NCBI GenBank assembly: GCA_903854215.1
Contig: CAINVT010000058.1
Coordinates: forward strand, 1 to 59,449
DNA: 59,449 nt
Direction: 5' to 3'
From: an uncultured bacterium
GTDB lineage: Bacteria > Patescibacteriota > Minisyncoccia > Phycocordibacterales > UBA2100
Position 1 is the stretch's first letter, and the number at the start of each line of letters is the position of its first letter. The notes beneath the pieces are model-generated. The model searched no databases. It worked only from the letters and a program-made list of their open reading frames with translations, and was not told the origin of the DNA. Shown piece by piece: positions 47,678-56,588 of the stretch. The position numbers and the translations under genes were made by a program.

Positions 47678-48976
47678 TCAATCAGCAATTTGCTCCGCTA
47701 CCTTATAAATATCTCCCGCTCCCATCGTGATGATGAGCGTATCCGAGCCGCAGGTAAGCAGCTCGTCGCGGATTTCGTCGAATGACTCATACGCAGTCGA
47801 ATCACCACCGATCTCTGCGGTGCGCAGCGCGAGGATACGGCTGGACACGCTCGGATCGGGCGCTTCACGTGCCGCATAGATCGGCGCTATGAGCGAACGG
47901 TCAGCGGTCGCAAGCGCGATCGCGAATTCCGAGAGAAATGACTTGGTACGACTGTAGAGGTGCGGATGAAATGCAACGACGATCTTTTTGTTGGGAAATT
48001 TCTCACGTGCAGCTTCGATCGTTTTGCCGATCGCAGTCGGATGGTGCGCGTAATCATCATAGACCAAAGCTCCCAAGGGAGTTTCACCTTTATATTCGAA
48101 ACGTCGCCATGATCCCTTGAAGTCGGTGAGTGCGCGATCAATAGTATCCTGCGGGACATCGGGAAATGCGGCGCGCGCGGCCGCTGCGGCCGCGCGCGCA
48201 TTTTCCCTGTTGAATTCTCCGATCTGATTGAGCTCTGGAATATTGACCTGTGTGTAATCGACAATATGTGCGGAAGCATCAGCAAGCACACGTGCAATAT
48301 TCGGACCAGCAGGATTCGTCACAATATATCCGTCACGTGAGACTTTGTGCGCTGCCGTGCGAAACGTCTCGACGAGCGCGTCGAGCGTCGGAAAATAATC
48401 CGTATGATCGAGCTCGACATTCGTAATGACGAGAATTTCCGGATCGAGCTTCAAAAGATGATCGCGATACTCGCATGCTTCAACAACGAAGGGTCCCTCC
48501 TTTGTTAAAACTCCGGCGGGCGAAGCAAGGAAATTAGAACCAAAATCGCGCACAATTGAACCGACGATTGCCGTCGGATTCTTGTCGGCCGTCTGCAATA
48601 TTTTTGCAAGCATGCCGGTCGTCGTTGTCTTTCCGTTGGTGCCCGCGACCGCAATGGTCCGTATCCCTTTTGAAATCTCGCCGAGTGCTTCAAAATACGA
48701 CAATTCTGGGATTCCACGTTCATGCGCCTTCATGCGCTCCGGATTCGATTCAGGGATCGCATCGCTATAGATAAGGAGCTCCGTGCCCGCAGGCACATTC
48801 TCCGCACGCTGGCCAACATCGACGGGAACGCCCACTTCTTCAAGTAACGCGGTCGTCGGCGATTCATCCCGATCTGAACCGGCGATCGTTTTGCCCTGTT
48901 GCGCCAGCAATTGAGCCAACGCCGACATCCCGATCCCGCCGATGCCGGTCATATAGATGTTTTGAGGAATGTTCAT
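47678..48976 (-). CDS. murC: UDP-N-acetylmuramate--L-alanine ligase
   Basis: GIGGIGMSALA, AGTNGKTTTT, VEACE, DHTD, RRFE, DDYAHHPT. Confidence 0.95.
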   Translation of the reverse strand: MNIPQNIYMTGIGGIGMSALAQLLAQQGKTIAGSDRDESPTTALLEEVGVPVDVGQRAENVPAGTELLIYSDAIPESNPERMKAHERGIPELSYFEALGEISKGIRTIAVAGTNGKTTTTGMLAKILQTADKNPTAIVGSIVRDFGSNFLASPAGVLTKEGPFVVEACEYRDHLLKLDPEILVITNVELDHTDYFPTLDALVETFRTAAHKVSRDGYIVTNPAGPNIARVLADASAHIVDYTQVNIPELNQIGEFNRENARAAAAAARAAFPDVPQDTIDRALTDFKGSWRRFEYKGETPLGALVYDDYAHHPTAIGKTIEAAREKFPNKKIVVAFHPHLYSRTKSFLSEFAIALATADRSLIAPIYAAREAPDPSVSSRILALRTAEIGGDSTAYESFDEIRDELLTCGSDTLIITMGAGDIYKVAEQIAD

Positions 48977-49033
48977 ACTTCTACTATACACAGCAAAAGC
49001 GTAAAGCGCACCAATACAAAAAAGTTATGCACA

Positions 49034-49241
49034 TTGCCAATAGAATCTCAGGGGTATAGGCTTATTATGGCAACCTAAAAGAGGAGGCGCCGGCAAACTA
49101 TAGGATGCATGTCCCTCTAGTGAAAGGAGGTGATCCAGCATCTCATTTCACTCGCGGAATGCTGCCCAAAAGTCGCGGCACGTGGTGAAATGCCCCCAAC
49201 TGAGCACGCTGTCAAAGGCGTGCTCTCCTCATTCACCTTTT
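49034..49241 (+). ncRNA. candidate small RNA with an 18-nt complement to the 16S 3' end (promoter included)
   Basis: TTGCCA-17-TAGGCT at 49034-49062; GAAAGGAGGTGATCCAGC at 49122-49139; terminal hairpin at 49202-49225. Confidence 0.6.
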
Positions 49242-50633
49242 CTACAGTTTCTCCACGATTCTTAAAAATTCATCATTCCGTTCATATTCATTCTTGAACA
49301 TCCCGAACGACGCAAATGCGGGACTGAAAAGGATAATATCGCCGGGTTGTGGCTCACCAATCGCTGAATCAATCGCTTTTTGTAGTGAGTCGAAAATCGA
49401 GGCGTCGGGTAATTCGTTTTTGATGCGATCCGTCCCCGTTCCCGCAAGCAGAATCACCTTTTTACAGCGAGATCGAACCTCGCTGAGAAGTTCCTCCATG
49501 TTCAAACCCTTATCCGCCCCCCCCATGATCAAAATGATGTGGGACTTCGTAAGTCCCACATTGGGTGCGAGCGCGCATAATGCTGCGATGGTTGCGTCGG
49601 GAGTCGTGGCATTGTTGTCGTTGTAGATTTTGACCCCATTTATTTCACGGACGAATTGCAAACGGCCTTCGACACCTTCAAATGACTCGAGTCCGGCGCG
49701 GATTTCTTCTTCGGACAATTGCAATGCGCGCAGTGCCTCCGCGGCAAGTGCCGCGTTCTGGCGATTATGCTCACCGGGTATCTGTACGGTCCAGTCGGTT
49801 GGAATCGCTGGCGGAACGTGCGGCGCGACCGCAGGTCGCGCCGCCTTTATTCGTTCTTCAACTGACTTTCCACAAATAAGCATATCCCCGTCTTTTTGAC
49901 TCGCAAAAATATTCGCTTTGTCGGCAAAATATGCATCCATATCTGGATAGTAATTCTGATGATCGGGCAAGAGGTTGGTGAAGACTGCGATTTGTGGGCT
50001 AATTTTCAAATCACCGAACCCTTGCAACTGCCACGAGTCCAATTCGAGCACCACGATATCCCGAGGTTCAACCTCGGGAAGTAGTGCGAGCGTTGAAACG
50101 CCGCGGACATTACCGCCGAGAAAGACTATTTTTCCAGCTAATTTGAGTCCATGGTAAATCATCTGCGTCGTCGTCGACTTCCCGCGTGTACCGGTGACGC
50201 CGACAATCGTCGCACCTTCTTCCATCACATACTTGGCGAAAAGCGCCGTAGACATATAGACCGGTACTCCAGCACCGTGCGCAGCAACAATATATGGAGA
50301 ATCGAGCGGCACACCGGCAGCCTTCAAGACCATGTCGCACGACGTGAAGTCTTCTTCACGATGGTCGCCGAGATTTTCTTGACGGTACTCCGTCTTAGAA
50401 AATCCAAGTGCAGTTGCCGACGGCAAGCTGCCGCCGAGGTGAAATGTCACATTTGGATATTGTTTGAGGCGCACAACTGACGCGGCGAGCTCAGATTCGG
50501 TTTTTCTATCGGTTACGATGACTTCCGCGCCGCAACGAGCGAGGAAGTCAACGTCTCCTACTCCGCGCCCCAATACTCCGAGCCCCATTACGGTAATCTT
50601 CTTTCCTTGAAACAGCTCGTATGCATTTTTCAT
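49242..50633 (-). CDS. murD: UDP-N-acetylmuramoyl-L-alanine--D-glutamate ligase
   Basis: MGLGVLG, VTGTRGKSTT, GGNV, LELDSWQL, DHQN, GGADK, SPAFASFGMFKN. Confidence 0.95.
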   Translation of the reverse strand: MKNAYELFQGKKITVMGLGVLGRGVGDVDFLARCGAEVIVTDRKTESELAASVVRLKQYPNVTFHLGGSLPSATALGFSKTEYRQENLGDHREEDFTSCDMVLKAAGVPLDSPYIVAAHGAGVPVYMSTALFAKYVMEEGATIVGVTGTRGKSTTTQMIYHGLKLAGKIVFLGGNVRGVSTLALLPEVEPRDIVVLELDSWQLQGFGDLKISPQIAVFTNLLPDHQNYYPDMDAYFADKANIFASQKDGDMLICGKSVEERIKAARPAVAPHVPPAIPTDWTVQIPGEHNRQNAALAAEALRALQLSEEEIRAGLESFEGVEGRLQFVREINGVKIYNDNNATTPDATIAALCALAPNVGLTKSHIILIMGGADKGLNMEELLSEVRSRCKKVILLAGTGTDRIKNELPDASIFDSLQKAIDSAIGEPQPGDIILFSPAFASFGMFKNEYERNDEFLRIVEKL

Positions 50634-50741
50634 CTCTCTACTCTATACCAAATATCTGCTTTTGAGTATCAATCCATGCACGTATAGAGCCACATCAGTG
50701 GAGGACTTGTTGTATGGTCGGCAAAATCGTTTTCTAACCGA

Positions 50742-50750
50742 TTATCCACA
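50742..50750 (+). promoter_or_regulatory. DnaA box upstream of nrdAB
   Basis: Perfect TTATCCACA about 35 nt before a CATAAT -10 element. Confidence 0.55.
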
Positions 50751-50794
50751 TGGAGAAATGCGGGTCGAACAGCAAATGATAGTGCATAATGTGA

Positions 50795-50913
50795 GTCGCG
50801 ATGAAAGACAGGTGACGACGACGCGATCGTCACATCAAAAGCGTGCGCGCATTGCCTCGAACATAATTCCGAGGTCTTTTGGCGCCCGCTCCGGGCGTCT
50901 TTTTTATCACGGC
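50795..50913 (+). promoter_or_regulatory. structured 5' leader of nrdA with terminator-like hairpin
   Basis: Hairpins at 50812-50833, 50855-50874 and 50881-50899 followed by T6. Confidence 0.5.
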
Positions 50914-50996
50914 AACAATTACTGATCACAAAAGATCGAGGAGTTCATTATTAGTCGACGGGCAATTATCAGATATCAGAGAGACAAAAGAAACAT

Positions 50997-53765
50997 ATGA
51001 GTATATCGATTACGAAGCGCGACGGAGAGAGGGCACCATTTAACGCAGATAAGATCAATCGTTCGATTGAGCGTGCCTGTGCAGGACTTCTTGATCCGAT
51101 CTCGATGGTGACGCAGATCGCCACCGAGACAGAGCTCACGCTTTATGACGGGATCACCACCGAGGAAATGGACAAGGCGACCATCAATGCCGCCGTTCAG
51201 AACATCAAAGAGGATATCGAATACGACAAGGTCGCCACACGACTCCTCTTGAAGACCGTCTATCGTCGTGTTGTCGGTGATTACGATCTCGATGACCCCG
51301 CCGACCTCAAACAAAAGCATCGCGATGCGTTTCCGCTCTATATAAAGAAAGGTATCGCCGATGGCCGACTGCATCCCAACATGGGGCTCTACGATCTCAA
51401 AAAGATTGCTGATGCGCTTTCGATCGAACGCGACGAGCTCTTCGTATATGCCGGACTCGACGGTTTGCTCAATCGCTATGCGATCAAGAGCATGGATCAG
51501 CATCCATTGGAGACGCCGCAGTTCTTCTTCATGCGCGTCGCTATGGGCCTTTCTTACAACGAAAAAGATCCGACTGCGGCGGCGATCAAATTCTACGACA
51601 AGATGTCGCGACACGAATACATTCCCGGCGGATCGACCAATCTCGGATCCGGTACCGTTCGCTCCGCACTTTCCAACTGCTTCCTCCTCGAGATCCACGA
51701 CGACATGGCACATATCGCGAAGTCAGTCTCCGATGTCATGTTACTCTCGAAAGATTCCGGCGGCATCGGCGCGTCGATCACCAAACTCCGCGCAGCTGGC
51801 TCACCCTTACTGTCCAATTTCGGGGGCGCATCGAGCGGTCCCACGCCGTTCGCCAAGATCATCGACACGGCAATTCGCGCGATCCAGCGCGGCGGCAAGA
51901 AGAAGGGGGCGTTGTGTTTCTACATGGAAAACTGGCACTACGACTTCCCCGAATTCATCGACTGGAAGCATAATGCCGGCGACGATTATCTCCGCATGCG
52001 CACCGCAAATACTGCCGCGTGGCTCTCCGACGAATTCATGCGCCGCGTCGAACGCAACGACGATTGGTACATGTTCGACCCAAAGGAAACACCAGATCTG
52101 AACGAGCTCTACGGCCAAGCATTCAGCAAGCGCTATGCCGAATACATCGAGATGGCGAAGACCGGTAAAATGCGCATGTGGAAGAAAGTTCCCGCAACCG
52201 AGCAATGGCACCAGATATTGACTGCGTTGCAATCTACCTCGCATCCGTGGCTCACGTGGAAGGATCCGGTCAACCTGCGCGCCTTGAACAACAACACCGG
52301 TACGATCCACATGAGCAATCTCTGCACCGAGATCTGCCTACCGCAAGACAAGAACAACATTGCGGTTTGCAACCTTGCTTCGATCAACATTTCCGGTCAC
52401 ATCGAAAGTAAGCAGATCAACTGGGCGAAACTCGAATCAACCGTCCGCCTCGCCGTACGTCACCTCGATAATCTCATTGATATCAACCAGCTTTCGATCC
52501 CCGAAGCGGCGCGCAGCGATAAGGAAAATCGCGCGATCGGACTTGGCGTCATGGGATTCGCTGATGCGCTTGAACAGCTTTCCATGTCCTACGAAAGTGC
52601 GCATGCATGGGACTTCGCGGATCGCCTCTTCGAATTCGTCAGCTACATGGCGATTGATGAGAGTGCCAACCTTGCGCGCGAACGAGGCTCCTATCCCAAC
52701 TTCGCCGGTTCACGGTGGTCACAAGGCATGGTGCCGATCGATACGATCGAAGTGCTTGAAAAAGACCGCGGCATGACGATCGACCTTTCCAAGATCACCA
52801 AACAGCGCCGTCTCGACTGGGACAAATTGCGCGGGAAGGTCAAGGAAGGTATGCGAAATGCTACCTTGATGGCTGTCGCACCGAATGCCAACATCGGGCT
52901 GCTCGTCGGCACGACGCCAGGCATTGATCCGCGATTCGCACAAGTATTCTCGCGCAACAAGATCTCCGGCAAATACCTCGATCTCAACCACAATCTCGTC
53001 AAAGACCTCAAGAATATGGGTCTCTGGGAGGATATCAAAGAGATGATCATCGAAAGCCAAGGTGACATCAGCAACATACCCGGCATTCCGGCGTATCTCA
53101 AAGAGATCTATCGCACGGCATTCACCACCAATCCGCATGCGTACATCGAGGTCGCCGCGCGCGCGCAGAAGTGGGTTGACCAAGCACTCTCGCGCAATAT
53201 GTATCTCGAAAGCCGTGATATGGAAGAGATGAAAGGGGTCTATATGACGGCATGGAAGAAGGGTCTCAAGACGACCTACTACCTCCATATGAAGCCGCGA
53301 CATACCGCCGAACAATCGACGACAACCGTCAATAAGGGACAACTCACCGGCAAACGTGGATTTGGCGCGATCAAAGTCGCCGCGAGTGCACCGACAACGA
53401 CCGAGTCTGTCCCTGAGTCGGCAGAAGCACCGTCGCCGGTCGTCATTGAGAAAACACCACTTTCTCCTTCACCGATGCCAACGAGCAATCCGCTCGGATT
53501 CTCGACGGTTACTGCTGCCCCGTCGTCCGTGTCGATAACACCATCGCCGATCATTCCTCAAGAATCACAGCCCGTTCTCGTCCGACAACCCGTCGCACCA
53601 GTTGCAGCAGAAACCACTAGTAGCATGCGTGCACAACAGAGCGAAGCACCGATCGCCTCGACCGTATCAACAACATCAACATCGATACCACCCGTTAAAC
53701 GAGAACTTCCGGATGCACCGATGGATCCGGCGGATAATCCCAACGTGTGCATCTCGTGCCAGTAA
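50997..53765 (+). CDS. nrdA: class I ribonucleotide reductase alpha subunit with N-terminal ATP cone
   Basis: ITKRDG..KI ATP cone, LSNCFL, SNLCTEI, VCNLASIN, KTTYY, C-terminal CISCQ. Confidence 0.97.
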   Translation: MSISITKRDGERAPFNADKINRSIERACAGLLDPISMVTQIATETELTLYDGITTEEMDKATINAAVQNIKEDIEYDKVATRLLLKTVYRRVVGDYDLDDPADLKQKHRDAFPLYIKKGIADGRLHPNMGLYDLKKIADALSIERDELFVYAGLDGLLNRYAIKSMDQHPLETPQFFFMRVAMGLSYNEKDPTAAAIKFYDKMSRHEYIPGGSTNLGSGTVRSALSNCFLLEIHDDMAHIAKSVSDVMLLSKDSGGIGASITKLRAAGSPLLSNFGGASSGPTPFAKIIDTAIRAIQRGGKKKGALCFYMENWHYDFPEFIDWKHNAGDDYLRMRTANTAAWLSDEFMRRVERNDDWYMFDPKETPDLNELYGQAFSKRYAEYIEMAKTGKMRMWKKVPATEQWHQILTALQSTSHPWLTWKDPVNLRALNNNTGTIHMSNLCTEICLPQDKNNIAVCNLASINISGHIESKQINWAKLESTVRLAVRHLDNLIDINQLSIPEAARSDKENRAIGLGVMGFADALEQLSMSYESAHAWDFADRLFEFVSYMAIDESANLARERGSYPNFAGSRWSQGMVPIDTIEVLEKDRGMTIDLSKITKQRRLDWDKLRGKVKEGMRNATLMAVAPNANIGLLVGTTPGIDPRFAQVFSRNKISGKYLDLNHNLVKDLKNMGLWEDIKEMIIESQGDISNIPGIPAYLKEIYRTAFTTNPHAYIEVAARAQKWVDQALSRNMYLESRDMEEMKGVYMTAWKKGLKTTYYLHMKPRHTAEQSTTTVNKGQLTGKRGFGAIKVAASAPTTTESVPESAEAPSPVVIEKTPLSPSPMPTSNPLGFSTVTAAPSSVSITPSPIIPQESQPVLVRQPVAPVAAETTSSMRAQQSEAPIASTVSTTSTSIPPVKRELPDAPMDPADNPNVCISCQ

Positions 53766-53776
53766 ATTATGAGCGT

Positions 53777-53896
53777 AGAAACGAATGAGGCGCATATGTT
53801 TTGCGATATTTGCCCAAGGTTCGAGCCTTGTGGGATCCCAAGGTCGAGCCTTAAGATTCCGGCAAATCTCGCAAAATATATGCCGACATTTGTTTC
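53777..53896. repeat. long imperfect hairpin enclosing a REP doublet between nrdA and nrdB
   Basis: Arms GAAACGAATG..GCATATGTTTTGCGA.ATTTGCC / GGCAAAT.TCGCAAAATATATGC..CATTTGTTTC; loop has two CCAAGGT(T)CGAGCCTT copies. Confidence 0.7.
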
Positions 53897-53924
53897 AAAT
53901 ATTATTCAATAATAAACTATCCAT

Positions 53925-54941
53925 ATGTTACTAGGAAAAGCAGCGCCAAAGGACTACAACATCCAACCGAGTATTTATCCGTGGGCAAAAGATCTTTATG
54001 ATCAGGCGGTACGCAACACGTGGTTCCCCCATGAAATTGCGCTCAAAGAGGACCTCGATGATTGGGCGAAGATGACCGAAGACGAGCGACATGCGGTCGA
54101 ATTCCTCATCTCGTTCTTCAATCCATCAGAATTGATCGTCAACCGCGTGCTCGCACTCGGTGTCTATCCGTACCTCAAATCTGCCGAATGCCATCTCTAT
54201 CTCGCCAAACAAATGTGGGAGGAAGCAAATCACTGTGTCGCGTTCGAGTACGTCCTTGAAACCTTCCCGATCGATCGCGATCGATCATTTGCGCTGCATG
54301 AGGAAATTCCATCCATGATTGCAAAGGAGGCGTTCATCAACAAGTACATGCGGCACATGACTGAGGAGAAGCTCGATATCACCACGGCAGACGGTAAGCG
54401 CGCATTCGTCCGTAATCTCACGGCATACAACGTCGTCATGGAAGGCATCTGGTTCTATTCTGGCTTCATGGTCGCGCTCTCATTCCGCCAACGCAATCAG
54501 CTTCGCAACCTCGGCAGTATGATCAACTGGGTCCTGCGTGATGAATCACTGCACCTCAAATTCGGCATCAATCTGCTCCACGGCATTCTTGAAGAGAATC
54601 CGGAGCTCGTCACACCTGAGTTCGCTGCGGAGATCCGCGACATCATCGTCGAAGGCGTCAATCTCGAGACAGAGTTTAACAAGGATCTTTTCCCGCGCGG
54701 CATCCTCGGCCTCAATGCCGACTATGTGAATCAGTATGTGCAGTACGTCGCCGATCGCCGACTCGTCGAGCTCGGTATGGAAAAATATTTCAACGCGACA
54801 AATCCCGCCAAATGGATGTCCGCTGCGACTGATGTCTTCGAGCTCGTCAATTTCTTCGAGGCTCAGAACACGAGTTACGAGGTCGACTCCGGCGGCGACA
54901 AAAAGAAAGTCGCTTCGGCTCCGGATGCGCCAACAGAATAA
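53925..54941 (+). CDS. nrdB: ribonucleotide reductase beta subunit, class Ic-like residue pattern
   Basis: WFPHEI, EEANH, EGIWFYSGF, RDESLH, NFFE..Y. Confidence 0.95.
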   Translation: MLLGKAAPKDYNIQPSIYPWAKDLYDQAVRNTWFPHEIALKEDLDDWAKMTEDERHAVEFLISFFNPSELIVNRVLALGVYPYLKSAECHLYLAKQMWEEANHCVAFEYVLETFPIDRDRSFALHEEIPSMIAKEAFINKYMRHMTEEKLDITTADGKRAFVRNLTAYNVVMEGIWFYSGFMVALSFRQRNQLRNLGSMINWVLRDESLHLKFGINLLHGILEENPELVTPEFAAEIRDIIVEGVNLETEFNKDLFPRGILGLNADYVNQYVQYVADRRLVELGMEKYFNATNPAKWMSAATDVFELVNFFEAQNTSYEVDSGGDKKKVASAPDAPTE

Positions 54942-54951
54942 TTCACTGATA

Positions 54952-55005
54952 GAGAGGGAGGCGCAAAAAAGACCCGCACGCGGGTCTTTTTTGCGCCTCC
55001 CTCTC
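54952..55005. terminator. long perfect hairpin between convergent nrdB and the MscS gene
   Basis: Perfect inverted repeat of about 25 bp with internal A6/T6 runs. Confidence 0.8.
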
Positions 55006-55007
55006 GG

Positions 55008-55871
55008 TTACTTTTTCAATCCCTCCAAGAACGCCATGATCTTTTCTTTGCGCTCAGCCGCATCGCGTGCGCGCGCGATGAACATTATGCGGATGATGAT
55101 CGCGCCGGCGGCGTTATATTCAAAATTGATCTTATATGAGACACCCGCATACCCGCGATAACTGCCCACTTGCCGCAGGTTGCGCTTCGGCAAGAGCTCG
55201 TCAAGAAATACGCGCAACTCTTTCACCAGCACATCGAACGTCATGTCGTAGGTCTCCGCAGAAAACGGAATATCCATGACGATCTGTCGATGGGTATCGG
55301 CTTTCAGATTTTGCTGTTCCGTCGGATTGAGGAGGAATTGATAATTCGGTATCGTAATGCGTTTGCCGTTGTATTCCCCGCCTTCATCTTTGCCGGCAAA
55401 GATCGTATGGAAGAGACTGATGCGAACGATCTCGCCGAAATTCCCATTCATCCCGATGTCATCGCCGACATTGTAATTCGAGAGCAGGTAAAAATAGGCG
55501 ATGATTGAATTGATATTTTCCTTCTGATTGATCACGACTGCACCCATTGCAAGTGCGAGAAAACTGAACGCTTGAATGTTGTAGAAGAGCACGCCGAGCA
55601 ACACGCTCAGCAAGAGCAGGAGCGCACGGACAACATCGAGTATTTGCCGGCGGCGGAAATACGCGAGCGAAACCTCCTGCACTTCTTCCATATCGGCGAG
55701 ATCCTTCGTCTCATGCGTATAGCGTCGTCGCAGACGGAATTTGAGGAACCACACGACCCCCTGCGAAATCAGCACGAACACAATCAGAGCGGAGCCTTTG
55801 ATGAGCCCGTCGAGAATGTCGATATTCAATGTTTCGATCCAATGCAACATATGTTCATTTCGAACGTTCAC
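55008..55871 (-). CDS. MscS family mechanosensitive channel
   Basis: TM segments then YNVGDDI..GEIVRISLFHT..ITIPN; start may be 55850. Confidence 0.85.
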   Translation of the reverse strand: MNVRNEHMLHWIETLNIDILDGLIKGSALIVFVLISQGVVWFLKFRLRRRYTHETKDLADMEEVQEVSLAYFRRRQILDVVRALLLLLSVLLGVLFYNIQAFSFLALAMGAVVINQKENINSIIAYFYLLSNYNVGDDIGMNGNFGEIVRISLFHTIFAGKDEGGEYNGKRITIPNYQFLLNPTEQQNLKADTHRQIVMDIPFSAETYDMTFDVLVKELRVFLDELLPKRNLRQVGSYRGYAGVSYKINFEYNAAGAIIIRIMFIARARDAAERKEKIMAFLEGLKK

Positions 55872-56451
55872 CCGCTCGCTCCGGCATCTTTCCTCCGAGC
55901 TCTTTGATAATCTTTTCCTCTTTTACCACACCCCAGTCACAGAAATTATTCTGTCCAAGACGGTCAAAGGCATGGTCGAGTTCGCCGGCGAGTTTTGCAA
56001 AATATAAATTCATTGTCATGCCGTGTCCGACAATTAAGATCTTCTTGTCCTTATATTCTCTGTTAATCTGTTCAATCTTTTTCGAGAACCTGTTGAGCGC
56101 GTGATCGGCGGTCTCCCACTGATGAGAGGATCTATCTTGATACGTCATACATTCTCTGACTGCCTCTTCATATTCATTGGGATGCAGTAACCCGCTTGCT
56201 TCTCGATCGAGCTCGCTCAACTCCTCTACCTGGATAATCTCCTTGCCGAGGCGGTCTGCAAGCGGTTTTGCCGTTTGATATGCCTTATGTTCTGTAGAAG
56301 AAACAATGATATCAACTCCTTGCAACTCTCTGTTATCTGCAACTTGCGAGGCTTCTGTTTCTCCCCGTACAGACAATACCCATTTATGTATGGGTGTATC
56401 TCGATCTATCTGTGTGTGACCGTGTCGTAAGAAATAGATGGTATTTGCCAT
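55855..56451 (-). CDS. histidine phosphatase family protein
   Basis: FLRHG, LS..G, AYQTA, LSELDR, IVGHG. Confidence 0.9.
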   Translation of the reverse strand: MANTIYFLRHGHTQIDRDTPIHKWVLSVRGETEASQVADNRELQGVDIIVSSTEHKAYQTAKPLADRLGKEIIQVEELSELDREASGLLHPNEYEEAVRECMTYQDRSSHQWETADHALNRFSKKIEQINREYKDKKILIVGHGMTMNLYFAKLAGELDHAFDRLGQNNFCDWGVVKEEKIIKELGGKMPERAGERSK

Positions 56452-56470
56452 AAAATAATAATACTACAGG

Positions 56471-56552
56471 TGCCGCGGGGGAGACTCGAACTCCCATGGG
56501 TTGCCCCACATGCTTCTGAAGCATGCATGTCTACCAATTTCATCACCGCGGC
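56471..56552 (-). tRNA. tRNA-Leu(CAG)
   Basis: GCCGCGG acceptor stem, anticodon arm CATGC-TTCAGAA-GCATG, variable arm, GTTCGAG T loop; CCA not fully encoded. Confidence 0.95.
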
Positions 56553-56588
56553 GTGACTGTAAAGCGCATTCTATACTTTTAGCGCCTT

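Noticed and set aside
49122-49139. Fragment of a 16S rRNA gene
   Set aside because: Similarity stops after 18 nt; flanks do not continue as helix 45 and form their own promoter-terminator unit.
50640-50700. NrdR boxes upstream of nrdA
   Set aside because: Only a weak single match (TACCAAATATCTG) overlapping the murD promoter; no convincing tandem pair.
53769-53912. 47-aa ORF with CDIC between nrdA and nrdB as a redoxin-like peptide
   Set aside because: It lies entirely on a long hairpin and REP doublet, has no SD and no redoxin fold; probably incidental, though not excluded.
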